From a virus: DNA of 64,000 bases. Numbering within the stretch: position 1 is the first letter of the stretch; each line of letters begins with the position of its first letter. The position numbers were made by a program, and so were the translations under genes. Shown piece after piece: positions 8,727 through 19,459 of the stretch. The notes beneath the pieces were generated by a model. It saw only the letters and a list, made by a program, of their open reading frames with translations, was not told the DNA's origin and did no database searches. The stretch spans positions 4,589-68,588 of the IMG/VR virus record IMGVR_UViG_3300011261_000157, one strand, 5' to 3'.

Positions 8727-9578
8727 ATGAGTTTAATCGACAAAATCAATGCAAGACCAGAAAACAGCGGTAGAGCCCCAACTAAAGCTCCACCTGCCAA
8801 ACCCGAAGTGACTAAAGAAGAGATTGAAGCTTTAAATGCAGAGTTAGACTCTGAATTAGAGACCGACATCAAAAAAGAAGACACTGAGGAATTGGAACTT
8901 TCACCGGCTGAACTAGCAGCACGTACTAAAGATTCTTATGAAGATGAGATCAAGAAGCTACGTGAAGAGAACGCTAAGCGTCGTAAGAAAGAACAGGAAG
9001 CTAAAGAAAAAGCACTAGCTATGGCGGATGAAGTATTTAAGACCGAAAGAGAAGAGTACGACGCCCAACTTGCTGCGATGAAGAAAGAACTTGAGGTTTT
9101 AAAATCCCTTAAGAATGAAGAGAACAAGGTAGATAAAGAAGTTAAAGACGCAGAATTCAAAGCTGAGTCAGAGCGTCTCCGTAAAGAGTGGGAAGCCATT
9201 CGCAAGGAGAACGCAGAGATCAAAGCCCAGATTCAAGCTCAAAAGGAAGCTGAGGAGCAAGAGAAATCCCTCCGTAAGCAAGCCGCTGAGAATCGTTTTA
9301 CCTCTATGCTTAAAGAAATCCCTGAGGAGTTCAAAGAAGCAGCTTCTGCAATGTTCAAAGGTTATACAGACCCGAGTGAAGGCCTCCTCGCTATCACTAA
9401 ATATAAAGCACAAGGTCTATTCGGCAAGAAGACTATCGAAGTCGTAAACCGAGTACCTAAAGAACAAAACAATAATAATGAAAATAAAGTCCTGACATCT
9501 AGAGAGAAGTTTCAGCGTAAGACTAAAGCACTCACTGAAAGAAGACAAGGACTTACCCCTGGCAGTCGAATCGTATAG
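8727..9578 (+). CDS. capsid scaffolding protein
   Basis: E/K-rich coiled coil (IKKLREENAKRR) immediately before MCP. Confidence 0.75.
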   Translation: MSLIDKINARPENSGRAPTKAPPAKPEVTKEEIEALNAELDSELETDIKKEDTEELELSPAELAARTKDSYEDEIKKLREENAKRRKKEQEAKEKALAMADEVFKTEREEYDAQLAAMKKELEVLKSLKNEENKVDKEVKDAEFKAESERLRKEWEAIRKENAEIKAQIQAQKEAEEQEKSLRKQAAENRFTSMLKEIPEEFKEAASAMFKGYTDPSEGLLAITKYKAQGLFGKKTIEVVNRVPKEQNNNNENKVLTSREKFQRKTKALTERRQGLTPGSRIV

Positions 9579-9601
9579 TCAGGTAAATTTAAGGAGATAA
9601 A

Positions 9602-10981
9602 ATGGCTAGTTTGTTACTATCAGAAGCAGCCAAACTTTCAAACGACGAAGTGGTAGAAGGTATCGTAGAAGATATCATCACTGAAGATATGTGGTTTCAA
9701 TACCTACCTTTCGTTCAAATCAATGGCCTTTCACACAACTTCCAACGTGAAAAAGCCCTAGGCGCTGTTGACTTCGCTGGTATCGGTCAAGACCTAACTG
9801 GTGACGAGTATCGCGCAGGCGCTACTTTTGAGAACGTCACTGTAGGTATTGCAGCTATCGTTTCTGAGATCATCATTGATTCTCAAATCGACGATCAGCT
9901 ATCAGATATCAACTCTCAACTTCAAGTCCAGATCAGCTCTAAAGCTAAGGCGATGTCACGTTTCTTCATGAACGCGTGTATCAACTACGGCTCTAACGGC
10001 TTCGCTTTCACTCAAGCCGTTCACGGTAGAGTTGGCGCTGAGACTTTCGAAAATGCCCCTATGTTCAAAGGTATGAAAGCCCTATTGGACGAGGAAGTAG
10101 GTAACTCGGAAGACGTTAACCACCCTAACTACAGCAATGGTGCAGCTACTCAGACTGTAACTCTTGAAGAAGATGATGCTTCTTCTGCTCGTTTCGGTCG
10201 TGACGGTCGTGTCTTCACTCTTGAGGACTTGGACAACTTGCTTGATATCGTAACTAAGGGCGCTGAGTTCTTGCTTATGAATAAAGCACAACGTCGTGTA
10301 CTTAAGACACTACTTCGTAACACAGGTGGCGGAACTGACGCTGCTCAGATCATGAGATCAGACCTAGGCCAAGGTAAGCCAATGCTTCACTACGGCGATA
10401 CTCCGGTATTCATTTCTGATTTCGTATCTAGCGTTGAGCCAGTACATCAAGTACATTCAACTGCGGTAACGATCGCTTCTACAACTGATACTTCAGTGAC
10501 TCTATCAAGCGACATCTCTGCTGAGATCGTAGCTTCTGTAGGTGCTGTATCAGCTTCTAACCCAGTGTTCCTAGTAGCACGTACGGGTTCTACTGGTAAG
10601 TGGTCTAAAGCGGTTCTAAAAGTAACTGCGGTAGCGGCTGCGGTTCTTACAATCGACCCTGCTTTCAAGATTACTGATGACGAGAAAAACCGTCCTCAAG
10701 CTCTAGCTGCATTGTCTACGTACAACGTAACTACTGGATTGGTAAATAAAGCTGCCACTCTTTATGAGCGTGTTGATGGAACTTCAATCTACGCAGGTAA
10801 ATTCGGTGAAGGTGAAGGCCTTTGCGGATTCACACTTGATATGAGTCAAGCGATTCAGATTAAGTACGTAGGTCCAGTTCGTGAGCGTGACCAAGAGCAA
10901 TACCGCATGAAATTCTATTGTGGTTTTGAATCTTATTCCCGTCTCGCAGTCGCAAGACTAAGAGCAGTATTACCTCTATAA
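9602..10981 (+). CDS. major capsid protein
   Basis: MASLLLSEAAKLS...LPF...FQRE, TLEDLDNLLD, C-terminal YRMKFYCG...AVARLRAV; follows scaffold and precedes a terminator. Confidence 0.85.
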   Translation: MASLLLSEAAKLSNDEVVEGIVEDIITEDMWFQYLPFVQINGLSHNFQREKALGAVDFAGIGQDLTGDEYRAGATFENVTVGIAAIVSEIIIDSQIDDQLSDINSQLQVQISSKAKAMSRFFMNACINYGSNGFAFTQAVHGRVGAETFENAPMFKGMKALLDEEVGNSEDVNHPNYSNGAATQTVTLEEDDASSARFGRDGRVFTLEDLDNLLDIVTKGAEFLLMNKAQRRVLKTLLRNTGGGTDAAQIMRSDLGQGKPMLHYGDTPVFISDFVSSVEPVHQVHSTAVTIASTTDTSVTLSSDISAEIVASVGAVSASNPVFLVARTGSTGKWSKAVLKVTAVAAAVLTIDPAFKITDDEKNRPQALAALSTYNVTTGLVNKAATLYERVDGTSIYAGKFGEGEGLCGFTLDMSQAIQIKYVGPVRERDQEQYRMKFYCGFESYSRLAVARLRAVLPL

Positions 10982-11002
10982 TCTAATTATAGACTAAGAT
11001 AC

Positions 11003-11036
11003 AGGGAGGGTAGTTAACGCTACCTTCCCTTCTTTT
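11003..11036 (+). terminator. Rho-independent terminator
   Basis: AGGGAGGGTAG-TTAACG-CTACCTTCCCT followed by TCTTTT. Confidence 0.75.
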
Positions 11037-11056
11037 AATGTTTAAACGGAGGAACC

Positions 11057-11575
11057 ATGAGTATTTATTATGGCGTAAAAAGCTCAAACAGAGAGTATAT
11101 AGTCGTGAAACATCAAATCAGCGGTATCAGCACCGAAATACTCGGTATCCGCTACATGGATGGGTTCGGCGTAGTTGCTAAAGACTCAAAAGAGCATAAG
11201 CGACTCAAACAGGTACGTATGGCCGTGGTGGATGAATTCCCAATCACATACCTATCTAAAGTAAAATCAGTAATCAACAAAGCCCAGATTAAAGCTATCT
11301 GGGGTCCAGATATATACCGTTGCTACCTAGCACATGCAGATAAGAAAGAAGCTCAACCAGCCCCACTTAGAGAGGCGACAGAGCTACCTCGCTGTTCAGG
11401 TACTAAAGCCGACGGAAGTCAATGTAAATCAGCAGCCTTAAGAGATTTCAAGCATTGCCGAACTCACATCGAGAGTGACGCTAAGCTTAAACCTTTCATC
11501 AAGGATATGAAAATGATGCCCGTAAAAGAGAAGCGTCTATTTATAACTGAGGCTATTCAGAAAGCGAGAGGATAA
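11057..11575 (+). CDS. hypothetical protein with Cys/His motif
   Basis: RCSGTKADGSQC...HCRTH motif. Confidence 0.65.
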   Translation: MSIYYGVKSSNREYIVVKHQISGISTEILGIRYMDGFGVVAKDSKEHKRLKQVRMAVVDEFPITYLSKVKSVINKAQIKAIWGPDIYRCYLAHADKKEAQPAPLREATELPRCSGTKADGSQCKSAALRDFKHCRTHIESDAKLKPFIKDMKMMPVKEKRLFITEAIQKARG

Positions 11576-11826
11576 TGACTAGCGGATTAGAGAGTAAAGT
11601 AGATAAAATCATAGAAGATGTGTCAGATATCAAATCCAGCCAAGCTAGAATAGAAGTCCACGTTGGCAAGAATACGAAAGATCTTTCAGAACACATGAAG
11701 AGGACTGATCTTAACGAGACTAGAATCTACAGGCTAGAGAAGATAGAGCAATGGCTCCGAGGCGCTACTTGGATAACCTTAGGTATCGGCGGGTTGCTTA
11801 TTGCAGCCATTAAGCTACTAAAATAA
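11575..11826 (+). CDS. coiled-coil plus C-terminal TM protein (XhlA/holin-like)
   Basis: Coiled coil followed by a hydrophobic C-terminal segment. Confidence 0.5.
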   Translation: MTSGLESKVDKIIEDVSDIKSSQARIEVHVGKNTKDLSEHMKRTDLNETRIYRLEKIEQWLRGATWITLGIGGLLIAAIKLLK

Positions 11827-11837
11827 TAGGACTAACC

Positions 11838-12167
11838 ATGCAAATTAAAGGCCACGTACATTATAGTGCGTTACTTAATGAGTTCGACTTAACCTTTTGG
11901 GTTGAAGATCAAGGAGCTATCGTAACCACTGACCTAGGGTCTCTTAATTGGCAACTCTATGATAAAAATGGAGTGATCATATCAGATCCAGAAGCTACCG
12001 AATCTGGAGTAGCCCCCCTAGCTAATGGTATCTACAATGGAACCTTAGTTAGCGATCCCGAATTCGTTCAGAACTACAATAGCTACTTAGTTAGAGTAGA
12101 GGTCGAAGTGGGAGACCCAGCGAGTACTTACTCCACTTTCATTCCGTTCATAATTACTAACCTGTAA
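11838..12167 (+). CDS. putative virion protein
   Basis: ORF track; position in head-neck region. Confidence 0.55.
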   Translation: MQIKGHVHYSALLNEFDLTFWVEDQGAIVTTDLGSLNWQLYDKNGVIISDPEATESGVAPLANGIYNGTLVSDPEFVQNYNSYLVRVEVEVGDPASTYSTFIPFIITNL

Positions 12168-12176
12168 GGAGACACC

Positions 12177-12989
12177 ATGGCCACAAGCCTCGGATTCAAT
12201 TCAAAAACTCCTGTGTCTCAACAGGGCGGTAGTAATATAGTAAATAACACATCTAACCCTAGGATACCACCGTCAGCCAACGGCAGTCGCATAGAGCCTA
12301 AGGACAGCTACAAGTTCGTAGCTGGATCTAAAGCTATCTTTAAAGCGACCTTCACCGATACTGACAAGCCTATCCAAGTGGATACAGGAACAGCACCTAA
12401 GGCTGCTATATATCAGGATAATATCTTGGTCGAGCAGGTTACAGGAGCCCTAGTACTAGGTCAAGTGTATGAGTACCAGTTTGAATGGGACATACCGGCT
12501 GACATAAGTACTAAAGGTCACACCTACCAAGTCTTATATAGTGGCTTCTTAGGCGGTACCGAGTACGTCTGGGGTAATGAGTACTTCGAGATTAACCTAT
12601 CACCTTCAAACATCAAACTGAAGGTTCAAGCTTACGCCACAGTCGATGAGCTTCGTATGGATAAGTTCAATATTGATAGTTACTTACCTGAAGACTTAAG
12701 TAAAGACAAAGCAGCGAGAGACCACCTACTACATCAGCAGTTAGTTAGCGCTAGCAAGTGGTTAAATGGTCAACTTAATCTACGTGACTTCCACAGTAGC
12801 TACAACGACAACTTCAACCAGTTCACTAGGTACTACGCCATATGGTCGATCCTAGGTCAGAGTATGGGAGAAGAAGGTAGCGCGGTTAGTGATCGTTCTC
12901 TTCGTTTTTGGGAAGAGAAGTGGAGAGCTGTACTTAAGCAGATCAAGATGCATAGTCAATTAAGTAATATACCAGCCGGCAGAGCCTAA
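12177..12989 (+). CDS. putative head-tail adaptor
   Basis: AYATVDELR...SASKWLN motif resembles gp15/gp6-like adaptors; Ig-like N-terminus. Confidence 0.55.
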   Translation: MATSLGFNSKTPVSQQGGSNIVNNTSNPRIPPSANGSRIEPKDSYKFVAGSKAIFKATFTDTDKPIQVDTGTAPKAAIYQDNILVEQVTGALVLGQVYEYQFEWDIPADISTKGHTYQVLYSGFLGGTEYVWGNEYFEINLSPSNIKLKVQAYATVDELRMDKFNIDSYLPEDLSKDKAARDHLLHQQLVSASKWLNGQLNLRDFHSSYNDNFNQFTRYYAIWSILGQSMGEEGSAVSDRSLRFWEEKWRAVLKQIKMHSQLSNIPAGRA

Positions 12990-13000
12990 TCGGAGGTCTT

Positions 13001-13603
13001 ATGTCTAAGTCTAAATTCGAAGTTAGGATGGAGTTAAGCAAGTCTGACTTGAAAGCCTTAGATAAAGACCTAGATAAACTCTTAACTGGAATAGGTAGAG
13101 AGTTAGCTTCAGCTCCTAAAATGCAACCGATGGTAGATAAGATCCAGAAAGGCATGTCCGAGAACGCCATGAAGTTCACCAACCATGAAGTTTGGGCTCA
13201 TAATAAAGAAGTAGCTCGTAGGGCCGGATTGATTGATTTCGACAGCCCCCTAATGGTGACAGGTCAATTAGTAAACGACTTCATATACCATGCTGGAAAG
13301 CCCAAGATCAGTCAGCTACCTTACTCAAATGAGTTCGTAGTTGGAATGTTTACTTGGGCAGACAAAGTGAGAAAGAGACCTACCTCTAGGCATATCTTAA
13401 ATGAGACGGCCAAGAAGAGAGGGTACGGTAAGATCGACGAGGAAGCTCAGAAGTTCACTCACATAAAGACGACTGACTTAGTTAGAATGATCATGAAGTC
13501 CCCTAGGTACCCAATTATGGATTCTATTATGAGCCTATATGATAAGGATGTCACCTTACATATGGAGCGTCTCATAAATGAAGCATTCAGTAAGAGGAAG
13601 TAA
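13001..13603 (+). CDS. putative neck/virion morphogenesis protein
   Basis: PLMVTGQL motif; synteny. Confidence 0.5.
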   Translation: MSKSKFEVRMELSKSDLKALDKDLDKLLTGIGRELASAPKMQPMVDKIQKGMSENAMKFTNHEVWAHNKEVARRAGLIDFDSPLMVTGQLVNDFIYHAGKPKISQLPYSNEFVVGMFTWADKVRKRPTSRHILNETAKKRGYGKIDEEAQKFTHIKTTDLVRMIMKSPRYPIMDSIMSLYDKDVTLHMERLINEAFSKRK

Positions 13604-13606
13604 TCC

Positions 13607-15034
13607 ATGAGTAGTAGACAGACTATTAAGGACATCGAAGAAGCTCTTAAGAGAGATATAACACGTCTGACTACCCATTACCCTCAGACTAAGACCAACA
13701 CAGGGACACAGACCACTTACGATGTATTTACAGGGGATGTTAAAGCCATCCCTCTAAAGGCGCACTTCTATGATGAGAGTTCAAACCCTAATCATGTGCA
13801 GTATCCTAGAGTAGATATAAAGTTCGAGGAAATAGAAGAAGACAGAGAGTCAGGTCGTATGGTCTCCTTATGGGAAGCTAGAAACACTGATTACAACCAG
13901 CTAGCTTGGCCTAACCAAGATAGACCTGCTGTTTACTACCGCTTAGCTAGTGGAGTAGACGGAGTTACCTCTGGAGACAACTTCTTGATATCTCCCTACA
14001 ACACTAAATTAGTGGAGTCGGGAAACATAGTCTCAATACTAACAGGCAATAACAAAGGAAGGTACAAGGTATTATCGGTAGACTATACCAATAGCATAAT
14101 CACCTTAGATCCAACTTTGGTAAGCAATATAGACGCAATATCATACAATGAAAGTACTAGGAAACTATACCTATTAAATCCTACTGATTTATCAGCCGTA
14201 AAAGCAGGGGATGTCTTTGAAGACGCTAATAGCACTAGGTTTCCAATACTCAATGTGAATATCAATAAGAGAGAACTCTACCTAGGAGGTAGTGGAACTC
14301 CCGCTTTAGTAGCTGGAGCCACCATACTTAGGGATGGGGATGTACTAGGGAACATAGACATATCAGCCGTAAAATATGTCATCATGGACGCTAACAGACC
14401 TCTTATTTACCAGCCATGTAACTCACCTCAGACTGAGGCTTGGGATACAGAGAACTACGCTACTCCGTTCAATTACCATTGGACAGTAGAGATCAAGAAC
14501 AAAGAGAGACAAGCACACATCTCAATAGCAGATAGAGTCTCAGAGACTTTAATCAACCGTACCAGACGAGCATTAGATATCTTACTAAGGACGCCTGACT
14601 CAGCCGAATCAGAAGTAGAAGATGGACCCTACCTAGGAATGTCAAATGTTATTAAAGTACGAGATGCCAGTAAGATGTCAGTGAATGACTCAGTGTACTT
14701 AATCAACCAGTACAAGATCAGCGACAACAACCAGATCATCGATATTGACTACAACACCAACACCGTAACCTTACGTTTTGAGGTATCTTCTGAATTCAAT
14801 GTTTACAATGAAGCGAAGATAGTAACCAAAGCTAAGCTCAAGCTGTGGGGGATGTACCTAGTTAATGGAAATGGAGTGATGGGGCAAGACTCGCTAAACA
14901 ACTTCTTCCGTCAAGAATACAGATTTAAGATAGAAGGGTGGAAAGAAGACGAAGCTTCCCAAACAACTCAATCAGCAGTGACCGAAGTGGATGTAAATCC
15001 TAAAACCTTCGACGGTGGGGATCTAAGTTGTTAA
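13607..15034 (+). CDS. putative neck/tail terminator protein with inserted domains
   Basis: Synteny before sheath; YPRVDI; GDVFED repeat module. Confidence 0.5.
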   Translation: MSSRQTIKDIEEALKRDITRLTTHYPQTKTNTGTQTTYDVFTGDVKAIPLKAHFYDESSNPNHVQYPRVDIKFEEIEEDRESGRMVSLWEARNTDYNQLAWPNQDRPAVYYRLASGVDGVTSGDNFLISPYNTKLVESGNIVSILTGNNKGRYKVLSVDYTNSIITLDPTLVSNIDAISYNESTRKLYLLNPTDLSAVKAGDVFEDANSTRFPILNVNINKRELYLGGSGTPALVAGATILRDGDVLGNIDISAVKYVIMDANRPLIYQPCNSPQTEAWDTENYATPFNYHWTVEIKNKERQAHISIADRVSETLINRTRRALDILLRTPDSAESEVEDGPYLGMSNVIKVRDASKMSVNDSVYLINQYKISDNNQIIDIDYNTNTVTLRFEVSSEFNVYNEAKIVTKAKLKLWGMYLVNGNGVMGQDSLNNFFRQEYRFKIEGWKEDEASQTTQSAVTEVDVNPKTFDGGDLSC

Positions 15035-15049
15035 TACCAAAGGAACGCA

Positions 15050-15331
15050 ATGAATAAGTATAGAGTACTTAAATCATACCCAAAGAGAATATCAAACTCA
15101 GGCCGACTAGTGACCTTACGTCCTAACAGTATCGTGTACCTCAAGCAAGAGGCGCAGGTAATTAGGTTAGTTAAGCTCGGATTTATCAAGCCTGTATCAG
15201 GTCTTCCTGATAAGAAGCGTAAAGATAAAGCAGAGCCAGTGAAAGCTAGCTCAGAGACGAAAAGAGTAAGTAAGTCTGATTACTTAAATAAAAAGAAGAA
15301 TAAGGATGTTTCGGACGAGAAGAAGTCTTAA
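15050..15331 (+). CDS. small basic hypothetical protein
   Basis: ORF track. Confidence 0.6.
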   Translation: MNKYRVLKSYPKRISNSGRLVTLRPNSIVYLKQEAQVIRLVKLGFIKPVSGLPDKKRKDKAEPVKASSETKRVSKSDYLNKKKNKDVSDEKKS

Positions 15332-15357
15332 ACATCTATAACTCATAGGAGTAAACA

Positions 15358-17979
15358 ATGGCATTAAACACAAACATAGGGCCAGAAAGAGTAGAAGCTA
15401 CTCTCAGTCCTATCGGTACAGTGTTGCCTCAAGGCGCAGCCACAGCTAGAACAGCAGTGCTTCTAGCTACTGACTTCGCATCAGCTCCATTAAACACCGC
15501 TGTCACAGTGACCAGCTTAAGTCAATTCGAGCAATTGTTTGGAAGCATTTCCAACATGGGCGAAGTGTACTTGAACGTAAAAGGTTACTATGAAAACGCA
15601 GGTGTTGGAACTGAATTAGTGGTAGTAGCTGTTAGTCCTTCAGGGATTACAGGTAGCCCACTAGAGATAGCTTTGAACCAAAACGACCGAGCTATCGTAG
15701 GTAGTTTAGCTCAAATTCTAGACGACGGGGACTTGAATGCCTCTATCGTTCTAACTAGTTACACCCCATCAACAGGTGTAGCTGCTCTTGATTTAACAGG
15801 AGCAACCCTCTCTACTTTGGATAATGTCAAAGTAGGAGATATGCTTAAAGACGCAAGTGGTAAGTTGTACCCAATCCTAGCCGTATCTGTAGGTTCGGAC
15901 TCAGTAACTATCCAATCTGGCTTAGATGCTCAGTTGGTTAAGTCTGCTAAGTCGGTAGCTGCTGACGGAGCTACAGGCTTGAGTATCGTTAGACTCTACC
16001 CTGAAGGTGCTTACAGCGGTAAGACAGCTATCCAAGAAGGTGCTGATTACGGTGTTTCAGTTTCAGTTACAGTAGCAGGCGACATCCTTACTACTTCAGG
16101 TTTCGACTCATACCTCAACAACGTACAAGAAGGCGACATCATCACTGACGGCGACTCGGAAGAGTATTTGATCGTAGATGTGATCGATGGCAATAACCTT
16201 CAAGTGGACCGCGAAGGCCTATCAGCAGGCGTGGTAACCTTTACTAGAGGTGTTAAGAATAAGATCATCCAGTCAACTTACGATGCAGGTGCGTCTGAGC
16301 TTTCTATTGGATCAGCTCCAGTTTCAGCCGAAGCGGGAAGCATTGTATTCAACCTAGCCGACTCATCCACTTACCCAGCTAACCAAAGTCTAGTGGGTAA
16401 ATTCCTTAAGTTCAGCGATGACTCACAAGCTCAGATTACAGAGAACTCGATCGTAGCTAACAATGCAGTAACGATCAGCTCTTTCGCAGGGGCTATTTCG
16501 TATGTAGCTTCTACAGGCGTAGTAACTCTGCCAGGCGGATCAACAGCTATTACAGACGGTGCTAAAGCCGGTGATGTATTCGTTGACAGCTTAGGTAAAG
16601 AGTTCGTAATCCATGCAGTACCAACCGAGACTACTATCCGTATTGATAAGAACCTAGCTTCTCCTAATCCTCTTGCAGGATCTAAGATTTCTAAGGGCCT
16701 TATCGAACTAAGCTTAGCTGCTAGTGCTGACTTCAGTGCTAAAGTAGTAGGTGAAGCTGGAGCCGACGCCTCAGCCGAGATCCATGCTATCGCTAATAGC
16801 TTGGTATTCGCTTCAGGAACTAGCCTTGCTTCAGATGATTACTTCATCATGGAGCCTTCAGTTCAAGCTGCTGATTATATCGGAAGTGAAGCTGATGCAA
16901 GCGGTCTATATGCCTTAGAGGCAGTGCCTGTAATTAACCTAGTAACTATCCCCGGCGTTTATGAGCCTTCAGTTCAAGCAGCTCTAGCTGATTACTGTAG
17001 TATCACTCGTCAGGATTGTATGTCATTACTAGCTATCCCTGAATTCATCAGCTCAGCAGCTAATGACTCATTGGTAGTTGGTAACCTAAGCATGAGTTCA
17101 CTAGTCGAGTCGGAGCAAGGTGTTGTAATCACATTTACAGGATCACCTGACTTATCTAGCGTAGCCGTGTACGACATCCTACAAGTAGGTAGTTCTAAGT
17201 TTACAGTTAAGGCTGTGAGTGATCAGGATGATCAGATCGTACTATTCCAAACTACAGGGGTACCTTTAACAGGTGCAATCTCTGTGTTCAGCCCGTCAGC
17301 AGTTAGTTGGAAAGATGTAATCGTCAATAAACCTTCAACTAAGGCTGCTTGGTATTACAACCACCTAATCGTTCAGAACGGAGCTTCTCAATCTATCGTA
17401 GACCCTGTACTTCACGTAGCAGGCGTTATGAATAGAATTGATAGAAATATCAGCATCGGTGGCGTATCACACGCTCCAGCCGGTATTCAATACGCCCAAC
17501 TAGCAGGTATCATCGGACTTCAACTCGACATTAGCGAGAAGAAAGATGGCGGACCTCTACGTCTAGCTTATATCAATCGAATCACTTCATCTGCCGGTAA
17601 CGGTAGATACATATTCGGCGGATACTCAGCAGCGGGCAACTCAGCTACTCCAGACGAGAAGTTGATACAGGTAATGAGATCATTGATGTTCATTAAGAAC
17701 AGCCTTGAGCCAGGCCTAATTGGTTTCCTATGGGAAAACAACAGTCCTATTACACGTCAGAACATTGCTAATGCAGCTCTCAACTTCTTACGTGCTAATG
17801 CTTACCTATTCCCAGCAGGTCTACCTGAAAATGAACAATTCCAAGTTGAGCTGGTTCAGCCAACACAGACGGATATTGATCAAGGCTTAGTGAAGCTGGT
17901 TTTACGTTGTAGATTCAATACTGCGATAAGATTTATTGATATTGATTTGGCCTTCCCACTTCCACAAGCAGAAGCTTAA
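15358..17979 (+). CDS. contractile tail sheath protein
   Basis: SLSQFEQLFG N-terminus, GLYAL...INLVTIPG, GVSHAPAG, WENN, C-terminal AIRFIDI. Confidence 0.9.
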   Translation: MALNTNIGPERVEATLSPIGTVLPQGAATARTAVLLATDFASAPLNTAVTVTSLSQFEQLFGSISNMGEVYLNVKGYYENAGVGTELVVVAVSPSGITGSPLEIALNQNDRAIVGSLAQILDDGDLNASIVLTSYTPSTGVAALDLTGATLSTLDNVKVGDMLKDASGKLYPILAVSVGSDSVTIQSGLDAQLVKSAKSVAADGATGLSIVRLYPEGAYSGKTAIQEGADYGVSVSVTVAGDILTTSGFDSYLNNVQEGDIITDGDSEEYLIVDVIDGNNLQVDREGLSAGVVTFTRGVKNKIIQSTYDAGASELSIGSAPVSAEAGSIVFNLADSSTYPANQSLVGKFLKFSDDSQAQITENSIVANNAVTISSFAGAISYVASTGVVTLPGGSTAITDGAKAGDVFVDSLGKEFVIHAVPTETTIRIDKNLASPNPLAGSKISKGLIELSLAASADFSAKVVGEAGADASAEIHAIANSLVFASGTSLASDDYFIMEPSVQAADYIGSEADASGLYALEAVPVINLVTIPGVYEPSVQAALADYCSITRQDCMSLLAIPEFISSAANDSLVVGNLSMSSLVESEQGVVITFTGSPDLSSVAVYDILQVGSSKFTVKAVSDQDDQIVLFQTTGVPLTGAISVFSPSAVSWKDVIVNKPSTKAAWYYNHLIVQNGASQSIVDPVLHVAGVMNRIDRNISIGGVSHAPAGIQYAQLAGIIGLQLDISEKKDGGPLRLAYINRITSSAGNGRYIFGGYSAAGNSATPDEKLIQVMRSLMFIKNSLEPGLIGFLWENNSPITRQNIANAALNFLRANAYLFPAGLPENEQFQVELVQPTQTDIDQGLVKLVLRCRFNTAIRFIDIDLAFPLPQAEA

Positions 17980-17993
17980 TATAGGAGATACAT

Positions 17994-18524
17994 ATGGCAC
18001 GTTCAGCCAGTTTCGACCCTATCGATAACTTTAGGTACTTAGTAAGTTTCCTAGGTTCAGATGGTCAAGAGACACTTACAAAAGCCGGATTCAGTCAGTG
18101 TGGTCTACCTACAGCTTCAACTGGGGAGATCACCTACCGAGAAGGTACTTACCGTGATACAATGGAGAAGTCGTCAGGCTTGACTTCCTATGGAGACGTA
18201 ACACTCTCTAGGGGAGTCACTTCAGAGCAGGACTTCTATCTCTGGTTGCAACAGCACAAGAAATCAGCAGCAAACGTACGAGGTTCAGACGGAGGCTTTA
18301 CAGCAGCCGATACTAGACCCACTGACGATGCCCAGAACGACTATAGACGTACTATCGTAATTACAGTGTTAGGGAGAGATTCCGAACCTGTTAAGCGTTG
18401 GACTATCTATAACGCTCACATCGCAGAATACGTGCCTGGCGACGGTCTTGATGCAAGCGCCGAATCCAAATTAATTTCCTCACTTACCCTACGCCACGAG
18501 GGGTTTGATGAGGTACTACTGTAA
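17994..18524 (+). CDS. tail tube protein (T4 gp19-like) 1
   Basis: DPIDNFRY, GFSQC, YREG, GLTSYGDVTLSRG, RRTIVI, LDA. Confidence 0.88.
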   Translation: MARSASFDPIDNFRYLVSFLGSDGQETLTKAGFSQCGLPTASTGEITYREGTYRDTMEKSSGLTSYGDVTLSRGVTSEQDFYLWLQQHKKSAANVRGSDGGFTAADTRPTDDAQNDYRRTIVITVLGRDSEPVKRWTIYNAHIAEYVPGDGLDASAESKLISSLTLRHEGFDEVLL

Positions 18525-18547
18525 TACTTAAACTATTACATTTACAG

Positions 18548-18578
18548 AGAGGGGAGCTTAACGGCTCCCCTCTTTTTT
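18548..18578 (+). terminator. Rho-independent terminator
   Basis: AGAGGGGAGC-TTAACG-GCTCCCCTCT followed by a T tract. Confidence 0.8.
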
Positions 18579-18597
18579 AGTATAAGAAGAGGTAATA

Positions 18598-19299
18598 ATG
18601 GCTAGATCAGGCAGACACGACCCCGTTACGAGTTTTAGATTTGAGGTCCAGCTAATTAGCCTATCGTTAGCGCCCACTCAGATAATCAACGGACTCAAGA
18701 ATGGAGGCTTATCTCAGTTCTCCAGAGCAGGATTCGCTACCTGTAGTATACCTGAGTCATCCACTACGGTTACTGAGTATCGAGAGAACGTGGACAACTT
18801 CAGCATGAAGAAGATCCCCGGCCTCACTAAATTCAATGATATAACACTTACACGAGGGGTAATAGCTCCTCCTGACCCATCTCTTTTCAAAGTAGATACC
18901 AAGTTCAGCTCCAAAGAAGAGTCTCAAGGTAATGACTTCTACAAATGGGTTCAGCAAGTGGCTAGTTTCAACCCTGCATTATCGATAGCTCAGACTATAT
19001 CAGGGACTACCAGAAACGCCATACTTAGACAATCTCAAGACTTCAGAAAAGACATGATTATCATCATGAGAGATAGAGAAGGTAAGGCAGCTAGACGTTG
19101 GTACTTACTAGACGTATGGCCAAAAGACTACAAGGGCGGATCAGATCTAGATGCTGCGTCAGCCGCAATAAGTATGGAATCACTAACTCTAACTTATGAA
19201 GTAGCCTTTGAACTACCAAGCGCCTTAAGTGCAGCTACTGAATTGATAGCTAATATCTTTCAAGGACCTGAAGCCGACTTACTAGGAGGGTTGCTTTAA
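18598..19299 (+). CDS. tail tube protein (gp19-like) 2
   Basis: DPVTSFRF, YRE, KIPGLTKFNDITLTRG, WPKDYKG, LDA, ESLTLTYE. Confidence 0.85.
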   Translation: MARSGRHDPVTSFRFEVQLISLSLAPTQIINGLKNGGLSQFSRAGFATCSIPESSTTVTEYRENVDNFSMKKIPGLTKFNDITLTRGVIAPPDPSLFKVDTKFSSKEESQGNDFYKWVQQVASFNPALSIAQTISGTTRNAILRQSQDFRKDMIIIMRDREGKAARRWYLLDVWPKDYKGGSDLDAASAAISMESLTLTYEVAFELPSALSAATELIANIFQGPEADLLGGLL

Positions 19300-19451
19300 T
19301 GCTTTCCTATATAATAGCCGATCCAGATCTAGAGATCACTTTGTATTTTAAATACAACACTTATACGGACATAACCAGATACTACAACGTAGCAGATGAC
19401 CTACACCGTCATGCGGTGGTAGCTAATCACTACACTTTAGCAGTGTTTTAG
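19299..19451 (+). CDS. xVF-terminal microprotein (MLSYIIAD...YTLAVF)
   Basis: Hand-translated, 50 aa. Confidence 0.7.
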   Translation: MLSYIIADPDLEITLYFKYNTYTDITRYYNVADDLHRHAVVANHYTLAVF

Positions 19452-19459
19452 AGGACTCA

